Positions 15,703 to 22,965 of a DNA stretch of 32,000 nucleotides are shown here, one piece after another. Below the pieces are notes generated by a model that searched no databases, had not been told where the DNA came from, and saw only the letters and a program-made list of their open reading frames with translations. The DNA is taken from assembly GCF_000008665.1 (NCBI RefSeq), contig NC_000917.1, positions 1,800,001 to 1,832,000 of the forward strand. Direction: 5' to 3'. Origin of the DNA: Archaeoglobus fulgidus DSM 4304 (GTDB taxonomy: Archaea; Halobacteriota; Archaeoglobi; Archaeoglobales; Archaeoglobaceae). The first letter of the stretch is position 1; the number at the start of each line of letters is the position of its first letter. The position numbers and the translations under genes are program-made.

Positions 15703-16544
15703 AGGTCTTTGTTATCGGAGCGGGACTGATGGGGAGAGGGATAGCCATTGCCATCGCTTCAAAGCATGAGGTCGTTCTGCAGGATGTAAGCGAAAAAGCT
15801 CTCGAAGCTGCAAGAGAGCAGATTCCTGAAGAGCTTTTGAGCAAGATAGAGTTCACAACCACCCTTGAAAAGGTTAAAGACTGCGACATCGTAATGGAGG
15901 CGGTTTTTGAAGACCTTAACACCAAGGTTGAAGTGCTCAGAGAGGTGGAGAGGCTCACAAATGCACCGCTCTGCTCCAACACGTCAGTCATAAGCGTTGA
16001 TGATATTGCGGAGAGGCTTGACAGCCCTTCAAGATTTCTCGGCGTTCACTGGATGAATCCTCCCCACGTAATGCCCCTCGTTGAAATTGTGATTTCCAGA
16101 TTTACGGACAGCAAAACAGTCGCCTTCGTGGAGGGCTTTTTGAGGGAGTTGGGAAAGGAGGTTGTTGTCTGCAAAGGCCAGTCCTTGGTGAACAGGTTCA
16201 ATGCAGCTGTGCTTAGCGAAGCTTCGAGGATGATTGAGGAGGGTGTGAGGGCGGAGGACGTTGACAGAGTCTGGAAGCACCACCTCGGCCTGCTCTACAC
16301 TCTGTTCGGCCCTCTGGGAAACCTTGACTACATCGGCCTCGACGTTGCCTACTACGCTTCCCTCTACCTCTACAAAAGATTTGGAGATGAGAAGTTCAAG
16401 CCGCCAGAATGGCTGCAGGAGAAAATAAAGAAGGGCGAGGTTGGTGTGAAGGCGGGAAAGGGGATTTATGAATATGGCCCTAAAGCCTATGAGGAGAGAG
16501 TTGAGAGGCTGAAAAAGCTGCTAAGGTTTCTGGGACTGGAATGA
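15699..16544 (+). CDS. hbd: 3-hydroxyacyl-CoA dehydrogenase (NAD-binding, HBD family)
   Basis: 281-aa ORF with VIGAGLMGRGIA and HWMNPPHVMPLVEIV motifs. Its GTGA start/stop overlap links it to the upstream SDR gene. Confidence 0.8.
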   Translation: MKVFVIGAGLMGRGIAIAIASKHEVVLQDVSEKALEAAREQIPEELLSKIEFTTTLEKVKDCDIVMEAVFEDLNTKVEVLREVERLTNAPLCSNTSVISVDDIAERLDSPSRFLGVHWMNPPHVMPLVEIVISRFTDSKTVAFVEGFLRELGKEVVVCKGQSLVNRFNAAVLSEASRMIEEGVRAEDVDRVWKHHLGLLYTLFGPLGNLDYIGLDVAYYASLYLYKRFGDEKFKPPEWLQEKIKKGEVGVKAGKGIYEYGPKAYEERVERLKKLLRFLGLE

Positions 16545-17275
16545 ACGAAGCGACGATTGTGGCAATGTTTCTTCTCACCCTTGTGGCATTCACAGTCAGA
16601 GTTGTAACCGGATTTGGCAGCGCCATTCTCCTATCTCCAATATTCTCCAACCTCATGCCCCCGAAAGAAGCTGTGGTGCTAATCATTCTGCTCGAATCCT
16701 TCGTTAACGTGATTTTTCTGCTAAAGGAGAGGATGAACTTCAGCCTGAGAGAGATTTACCTCGGAGCCTTCTTTGGCATTGCTGCGGGAATTCTCTTCTT
16801 CGGCTTGCTTCCTCAAGAAATCGTTGGCCTTACAATCGGCGTTGCTATGGGTGTCATGGCTGCGGTTATGCTTCTCGGCGTGAATTTCAGGGTAAGGAGA
16901 ACTAGACCTCTTTTCCTGAGCATGGGCTTTCTCAGCGGAGCGATGGGGGTTATAACCGGAGTCAACGGCCCTCAGATTGTGATTACCCTCGCCAATCAGG
17001 GCTATGCAGCGAGCTTCATCAGGAGCTTCATGATTACCTACCTTGTGGTCATCGATACAGCTACACTTTCCGCCTTCTTCGCCTTTGGCCACGTGAATGT
17101 CCAAATCCTTACCAACTTTCTTATTCTCGCCCCCTCCATCATCATCGCTTATGCATTGGGAAGCAGAATTCTTTCGAGGATGGATGGGGAAAGGCTGAAG
17201 AGGATAATTCTTTCAGCCGTGGTTTTGCTCTCTCTGGTGGTGATTTTAAGATACGGAGGTGGTCTGATTGGATAG
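16541..17275 (+). CDS. TauE/SafE (TSUP, DUF81) family anion exporter/permease
   Basis: 244-aa polytopic membrane ORF with the VTGFGSAILLSP motif and an internal two-fold repeat of TM segments. It has an ATGA start/stop overlap with hbd. Confidence 0.7.
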   Translation: MNEATIVAMFLLTLVAFTVRVVTGFGSAILLSPIFSNLMPPKEAVVLIILLESFVNVIFLLKERMNFSLREIYLGAFFGIAAGILFFGLLPQEIVGLTIGVAMGVMAAVMLLGVNFRVRRTRPLFLSMGFLSGAMGVITGVNGPQIVITLANQGYAASFIRSFMITYLVVIDTATLSAFFAFGHVNVQILTNFLILAPSIIIAYALGSRILSRMDGERLKRIILSAVVLLSLVVILRYGGGLIG

Positions 17276-18407
17276 CTTCAGCTTCTCCTGCGTGAGAGTT
17301 GTTTTTGGATGGGGAAGGCTGGAGAGAATTGAGGAGGAGGTTGAGAGGCTTAAGGGAGGAAAGGTGGTGTTTATTGCAGACAGGGCGGTGAGAAAGGCCG
17401 TAGAAGAGCTCAACCTCAGCTTTGACTACGAGATTTTTTCGGATGTTGAGCCTGAACCCGAAATCGGCATTGTGGATGATATCATTGAGAAATTCAGCTT
17501 CGACACGGTTGTTGGCGTTGGTGGGGGCAGCACCCTCGATGTTGCGAAGCTCACGGCAGTTGCTGCGGGGGAAAAAGCTAAGGCTGTGGAGCTGGTGGGG
17601 AAAAAGCTGCCCGAAAGGAAGTGCAAGCTCCTTCTCTGCCCCACTACAGCAGGAACCGGCTCTGAGGTGACGAAGCTAGCGGTTTTCAAAATCCCTAAAA
17701 GAGAAGTGAAGTACGTTTTCGATGACGAGAGCCTTTATGCGGATATAGCCATCATCGACCCGAAGCTCACACTCTCCTGCCCTCCTCATGTGACAGCAAG
17801 CTCAGGGATAGATGCTTTCTGCCACGCTATCGAAGCGTACACGTCCCTTTTCTCAAACCCAATCTCCGACATGTTTGCGGAGAAGGCCATTGCAATTATT
17901 CCAAAAGCTCTCAGGGAGGCTTACGCCAATGGAGAGAATGTGAGGGCAAGAACAGACATGTCTTTTGCCTCCCTCCTTGCCGGAATCGCTTTCAACTCAG
18001 CGGGCACAGGGCTGGGACACGCTTTGGGGTATGCGCACAATCACATTCACAACAGCCCCCATGGCAAGAGTGTTGGTATAACAATGCCCTACGTTCTGCA
18101 GTACAACGCCATTGCAGACCTTGAGAAGCACGCCAGAATAGCGAGGGCTTTGGGTGAGAGTGGCTCCTCTTTAAGAGAAACTGCACTAAGAGCAGGAATT
18201 GGCTTTGCCAAACTTCTGAAGGATTTAGGAATGCCCCACAAACTGAGCGACGTTGGTGCTGGAGAGGATGACATTGAGAAGATAGTGGACAGGATTTTCT
18301 TGAGCGAGAAGCACGTTCGGAGGAATCCAAGAGTTGTAAGGAGAGAGGAGATGTATGATGTGGTGAGAAAATCAATCCACGGAATCCTTCGGGAAGAAGA
18401 GTACTGA
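17268..18407 (+). CDS. Iron-containing (group III) alcohol dehydrogenase
   Basis: 379-aa ORF with GVGGGSTLDVAKL, the His cluster GLGHALGYAHNHIHNSPHG and DAFCHAIEAY. The TTG start is preceded by GGAGGTG (17255-17261) and overlaps the TauE stop by 8 nt. Confidence 0.85.
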   Translation: MDSFSFSCVRVVFGWGRLERIEEEVERLKGGKVVFIADRAVRKAVEELNLSFDYEIFSDVEPEPEIGIVDDIIEKFSFDTVVGVGGGSTLDVAKLTAVAAGEKAKAVELVGKKLPERKCKLLLCPTTAGTGSEVTKLAVFKIPKREVKYVFDDESLYADIAIIDPKLTLSCPPHVTASSGIDAFCHAIEAYTSLFSNPISDMFAEKAIAIIPKALREAYANGENVRARTDMSFASLLAGIAFNSAGTGLGHALGYAHNHIHNSPHGKSVGITMPYVLQYNAIADLEKHARIARALGESGSSLRETALRAGIGFAKLLKDLGMPHKLSDVGAGEDDIEKIVDRIFLSEKHVRRNPRVVRREEMYDVVRKSIHGILREEEY

Positions 18408-18947
18408 GAAGCCATTCACGGTTATCGTGTCAACCTGCATCTCGTACTTTTTGCTGTAATACTTCTCGTAGAGGTATTTCAGCAGATTGAGGTGAAGCTC
18501 GGAGACTGCTTTGCTCCTCATGTCGTGGTAGAAGACGAAGTTTAGCTTCTCCCCATCCTTCTGCACTTCAGCATGCTCCGCCCTGTTCAGCAGATTCCAG
18601 AGCCTTGCCACAACGCTGAGAAGCTCCTCAAAGTCGAGGTCGCTTATGGGCTTCTTTGAAAGATACTTGACGGCCATCTCGATCATACTCTCCCTTACAG
18701 CCCTCTCAGCATCTCCCTCAACCAGTGCGGTGTAGTGGTCCTTCGCACAGAGCATGAAGTTGAGCTCCCTGATAAAGGCTAGAATCAACAAATCCTCATC
18801 TCCCAACCTGCTGAAGTTCTCCGAGGTGTAAAGCAAATCCACTGCTTTCTCAACAACGCTGCTTGTGGTTCGATGCTTTTTCTTCAAATCCTCAATTTTT
18901 CTGGCCGTTTCAGATGACACTGTGGTATGGAGCCTGATTTTTACCAT
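18372..18947 (-). CDS. Ribbon-helix-helix (CopG/Arc-like) N-terminal domain protein with an uncharacterised roughly 140-aa C-terminal domain
   Basis: 191-aa ORF. The N-terminus VKIRLHTTVSSETARKIEDLKKKHRTTSSVVEKAVDLLY fits a strand-helix-helix pattern. It is divergent from the actin-like gene, and its 3' end overlaps the convergent ADH gene by 36 nt. Confidence 0.55.
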   Translation of the reverse strand: MVKIRLHTTVSSETARKIEDLKKKHRTTSSVVEKAVDLLYTSENFSRLGDEDLLILAFIRELNFMLCAKDHYTALVEGDAERAVRESMIEMAVKYLSKKPISDLDFEELLSVVARLWNLLNRAEHAEVQKDGEKLNFVFYHDMRSKAVSELHLNLLKYLYEKYYSKKYEMQVDTITVNGFSVLFFPKDSVD

Positions 18948-18967
18948 GGTTTTTATCCTCCCACTCC

Positions 18968-19000
18968 CTTAAAAACCTATCCCGAAGAAATTTTTTATAT
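18968..19000. promoter_or_regulatory. Back-to-back TATA boxes in the 72-bp divergent region (minus-strand TTTTTAAG at 18968-18975; plus-strand TTTTTATAT at 18992-19000)
   Basis: Each element is centred about 24 nt from its start codon (ATG 18947 minus; ATG 19020 plus). This implies two leaderless transcripts from a compact shared control region. Confidence 0.5.
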
Positions 19001-19019
19001 TGGCAAATGTACTGAAAAC

Positions 19020-20018
19020 ATGCAGCCTGTTGGTCTTGACATTGGCACGAACTACACCAAGATTACGGCGGATGGGAAAAATGTTCTGCTTTACCCCTCA
19101 ATCGTAGCTTACGGTGAGGAGAAGGACTGGAGCCTTAAGGGAGAGACGAAGAGCGTTTATATCGGTGATGAAGCTTTGTCCATAGTTCAGTCTATGGAGA
19201 ATGTTGAAGTTCTCCGACCCCTTCACGAGGGCAGGGTTCTGCATACATCCTACCTCGAACTTGCGAAATACGGTCTGAACAAGCTCAAAGTGAAGGACGG
19301 CCTAATAGCGACCGGACTTCCTGTTAAATCGTCAAAAAAGGAGAGAGAAGAACTGAAAAGGGAGCTGGAGTCTGAGCTAAACTCAAAGGTCCTGATATTT
19401 CCGGAGCCTGTCGGAACCATGGCCTACATGGGAATGGAGACCGGAGTGTGCGTGGATATTGGCTTTGGAACGACCGATGTTCTCGTGATTGCGGACATGG
19501 AGTATTTAAAGGGAGACACGATGCTCATGGGCGTTGACAAGCTCTACGAGAATTTGGAGGTAGCTGTGAGAAACAGGATAGGAATAAGCATCACTCCGGA
19601 AGAGATGACGAAGCTTCTCACAACCGAAGGCTACGAAATTGGAAGAATAAGGGGTGGAAAGAAAGTTAGCGTCAGCAGAGAAGAGATCATGCCAGAATAC
19701 GAAGGCTACGTCAAAACCTGGGTGGAGAGAATTGCGAGCAGGGTCAAGCTCGTTCTTGAGGGGCTCTCGACAACACTTGTGGAGAACTTTGCAATAACAG
19801 GCGGTGGAAGCATGCTGCCCGGAGTTTACGAGATGTTCAAGGAAAGCTTCAGCGATATTGGAGACGTCAAAAGACCGGATGAACCGATAAAGGCGAACTC
19901 CATTGGATACTACATCCTTGCGAAGTCTCTTGTAGTAGAGGCTGAGACGGAACAGAGTGGCGATGCCGAAATTCTCGATGCAGATGACAAAAAGAAGGGG
20001 AGGAAGGGCAAGAAATGA
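19020..20018 (+). CDS. Actin-fold ATPase, ParM/StbA-like (archaeal actin-like protein)
   Basis: 332 aa from ATG 19020; the track ORF starts at 18927, but that extension crosses the promoter. Actin-fold motifs appear in order: phosphate-1 GLDIGTNYTK, IATGLPV, FPEPVGTMAY, phosphate-2 CVDIGFGTTDV, adenosine ITGGGSMLPG, and ANSIGYY. The C-terminal tail is charged: [13 protein letters not shown]. Confidence 0.7.
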   Translation: MQPVGLDIGTNYTKITADGKNVLLYPSIVAYGEEKDWSLKGETKSVYIGDEALSIVQSMENVEVLRPLHEGRVLHTSYLELAKYGLNKLKVKDGLIATGLPVKSSKKEREELKRELESELNSKVLIFPEPVGTMAYMGMETGVCVDIGFGTTDVLVIADMEYLKGDTMLMGVDKLYENLEVAVRNRIGISITPEEMTKLLTTEGYEIGRIRGGKKVSVSREEIMPEYEGYVKTWVERIASRVKLVLEGLSTTLVENFAITGGGSMLPGVYEMFKESFSDIGDVKRPDEPIKANSIGYYILAKSLVVEAETEQSGDAEILDADDKKKGRKGKK

Positions 20019-20542
20019 AGATAACCGTAGAAATTCCGCCTGACATGGAAAAGCTTCTGGTGAAAAAGTGCGAGGAGTCAGGAGTATCTCCTTCGGAGTT
20101 CGTGTACCTCCTTCTTGAGTGGTATTTCTTCAAGAGGGGCAAGAAGGCAGAAACAACTGGTGAGCTCAACGAGTTCCTCAGAGTGGCCAAGGAAGTGGCT
20201 GACGAAAGAGTGAGGTTCTGCAAGTTCAGCGATGGAGCCTACTGCGCCATTGAAACCTTCGAAGATGTGTTTTCCGATAAAGAGCCCACGCCCATCTCCC
20301 CATACCGCTGCCTCTTCTGCCTTTACTATGTGGACAAGAGAAAAGATAAAAGGAGAACGGAGTTCAGGGAGCTGACTGAAGCCAAGATGTACGATTTGGC
20401 AAAGATCGCTGCAAAGTTTGTAGTGGAGCTCTACGGAGACAGGCTCGGCTACAGGCCTAAAACGAAGTCTGAGGAAATAGTGGAGAAACAAGAGAAAAAG
20501 GATGAGAAGCTCCCCAAGGTTAAGAAACTTCTCGATTGGTAG
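20015..20542 (+). CDS. Ribbon-helix-helix protein with a central four-Cys motif (possible ParR-like adaptor)
   Basis: 175-aa ORF with an ATGA start/stop overlap with the actin-like gene. The N-terminus [37 protein letters not shown] fits an RHH. The central region has C-x7-C (CKFSDGAYC) and CxxC (CLFC), and the C-terminus is Lys/Glu-rich. Confidence 0.55.
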
Positions 20543-21398
20543 AGTTGGGCTGAACATAAACGGAGATTTAAGCGAGAAAGAAATAGAGGAGAGAGTCAGA
20601 ATTGCCGAGAGAGCGGGAGTGAGAGTTATCTGGATTGGGGAGTTTGAGGGTTTCCAGGATCCATTCAGCGTTGCAGAAACTGTGAGCTCTCGCAGCCAAA
20701 TGTGGGTTGGATTCGGAGTGCTCTCAGCGCAGAAGGGCTGCGAGAGGATAATCGCAGAAGTTGAGGAGTTGAGGAAAAGACATGGCGACAGGTTCATTGT
20801 GGGAATCGGTGCGGGGAGCTATCAAAGCCCGAAGGAAGGGTACAGGAAGATGAGAAGATGCGTGGAGTTTCTGAGAAACGCTGAATTCCCCGTTGTTGTC
20901 GGGGCAAGCTCACCCGGAACTGCATCCCTCTCAAAAGAGGTGGATGGCGTTCTTTTTAACTCCGTCAAGGAGGAGTTTATCTCATGGCTTCTCCGCTTTA
21001 CTAACACCGCCTTCAAAGCCGCCTACGGCCCGGCATTGATTTTACCGAGCAGCAACGAAGAAGATTTACTTCTTGCAGCCGCAATTGTCTTCACGGGAAG
21101 CAAAAGGCTCATAGCGGAGTTTAGATTTGAGGAGGTTGCGAAAGAGCTTTCAAAGGTGGACATAATGTCTCTGGTGAGGGCAAGATGGGAGGGGAGGAGC
21201 ATAGCAGGTGAGGAGGGGGCTGAGATTCTCTTCAGGCATAGGGAGTTTTTACTGCAGAACTTCACCATAAGCGGAGATGTGGGGGAGGTAAGGAGAAGAA
21301 TAAAATCGTTGCTCAATATCTGCGACCACGTGGTGCTCGCAGACCCCTTCTTTCGGGATGTTGACTCGGTCAGAAGGTTGAAAGAAGTGGTTGTATGA
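20502..21398 (+). CDS. Luciferase-like (LLM) oxidoreductase, F420-dependent Mer-related family
   Basis: 298-aa ORF with blocks resembling methylene-H4MPT reductase relatives ([30 protein letters not shown]...[17 protein letters not shown]). Its start overlaps the upstream gene by 41 nt, and no alternative start lies downstream before the conserved N-terminal strand. Confidence 0.6.
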
Positions 21399-22423
21399 GA
21401 GATGTTGTAAGATTCATCAACCCCTACGACCCCGGGCTTTTCCCCGAGGATTTTCCCGACAAAGAGGTTGTCAACCTTTCTTCAAACGAGAATCCTTATG
21501 AGCCGAGCGAGGAGGTTAGGGAGGCTTACCTTAGGGCTGTGAAATACATTCCAAGATATCCTAAAGCGGACTACGCCCGGCTGAAAAAGGCCCTTGCAGA
21601 ATACACGGGCTTTGAAGTTGAAAACATAGCTGTGGGATGTGGAGCATCTGAGCTAATTTCCTGCATCTGCAACGTTCTGCTGGAAGAGCTGGACAGGGTT
21701 GTCATTCCAATGCCCTCCTACACCCTCTACTCCATCTATGCAATGTTGCGGAGCGCATCCATCAGCTTCCCGGTTTTTGAGGGATACAGGGTTGATCCTG
21801 ACGTCATCGCCGAGGAAAGGCCGAAGCTCGTTTTTCTCTGCTCTCCCAACAACCCAACGGGCAACAGCCTGAGCAGAGAAATCGTTCAGAAGGTGGCTGA
21901 GAGTGCGGAGTACGTTGTGCTGGATGAGGCCTATGTGGAGTTCAGCGATGATTCAAAGATTGAGATGGTTAGGGATTACAACAACCTGATTGTGCTGAGA
22001 AGCTTTTCCAAGTTTTTCGGGCTTGCAGGAATGAGGGTTGGTTATGCTGTCTGCAGTGCGGAGATTGCTGAGGCAATTGAGAAGGTAAGGCTGCCCTTTG
22101 GTATAAGCTATCCTGCAGTTGAAACGGCAATTGCCGCTTTGAGGTCCTTGGATTACTACAAAAAAGTAAGGGACAGAATCGTCAGGGAGAGGGAGAGGCT
22201 TATTGAGAAACTGAAAGAAATTGAGTGGCTTGAAGTTTACCCGTCAGATGCCAACTTCGTGCTTGTAAAGGCGAACAAGGAGGGCGTGGTAGAGAAGCTG
22301 GCCGAGAAGGGGTTTATTGTGAGGGATGCAAGTGTTATGGGCCTTGAGGGTCTGTATATTCGCATTACAGTGGGTAAGCGAGAGGATAATGACAGGCTGA
22401 TTGAGGCCCTAAGAGAAATTTAG
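21395..22423 (+). CDS. Histidinol-phosphate aminotransferase family, paralogue 2 (could equally be an aromatic aminotransferase or CobD-type decarboxylase)
   Basis: 342-aa ORF with [26 protein letters not shown] and the [18 protein letters not shown]-lysine block. It overlaps the LLM gene by 4 nt. Confidence 0.8.
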
Positions 22424-22965
22424 AAGAGGTCTTCAGCCTTTATAATCTCAACGCCGTCAACCTTCATCTTCCTGTCGCTAACGACCTTTGCTTTCAGCTT
22501 TTTTGCAGCAGCAATGCTTTCTGCAAGCTCAACACCGTGATTTAGGTACTTTGCAACCTCTTCATCAGAAACGTCAACTATTTCGAGATTCATCCTTGCT
22601 CCAACTTTTGGTGGGAGGTTTCGGTAGCTCTGCCTTGTTATGTAAATCTTTCCGCCGTAATTCCTCTTCATCAGCTCCATAACACCCTTTGAATCCGCCA
22701 CGATTCTCGTGGGCAGCTCGGGCAGCGGCATTGAGAGCAGAATGTAAACTCCAGCGGTCATCAAAACCCAGATAGCAATGAGGGAGACTATTGCAACAAT
22801 TCCCCTCATAAACTCCTCAAGCCTTATTACATTGAGAAGGACGAGGGCGAGGAAGCCGAATAGCACGAAGGAGGTTGAAATGAGCACAGCAGCAATGGTG
22901 TCTCTCCTCTTCACTTCTTTCACCAGTTCCTCAAGCACCACTTCAAACTCATCCAAATCAACCAC
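22420..22965 (-). CDS. Membrane protein (2 TM) with a C-terminal cytoplasmic domain paralogous to the tail of the upstream 493-aa protein
   Basis: 181-aa ORF with a GTG start overlapping the upstream stop by 8 nt. TM segments are AAVLISTSFVLFGFLALVLLNV and IVAIVSLIAIWVLMTAGVYILL. The C-terminal domain contains the YGGKIYIT, DEEV and AESIAAA blocks. Confidence 0.6.
   Translation of the reverse strand: MVDLDEFEVVLEELVKEVKRRDTIAAVLISTSFVLFGFLALVLLNVIRLEEFMRGIVAIVSLIAIWVLMTAGVYILLSMPLPELPTRIVADSKGVMELMKRNYGGKIYITRQSYRNLPPKVGARMNLEIVDVSDEEVAKYLNHGVELAESIAAAKKLKAKVVSDRKMKVDGVEIIKAEDLF

Noticed and set aside
18927-19019. N-terminal 31-codon extension of the actin-like ORF (track start at 18927)
   Set aside because: The extension would overlap the divergent gene start and run through both TATA boxes. 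ATG 19020 lies 24 nt from a TATA box and immediately precedes the phosphate-1 motif, as in ParM/actin proteins.
20078-20797. 239-aa minus-strand ORF
   Set aside because: It is antisense to the RHH-Cys4 gene and the LLM gene. Its composition is Leu/Ser/Pro-rich and it has no promoter or SD context. It is a shadow ORF.
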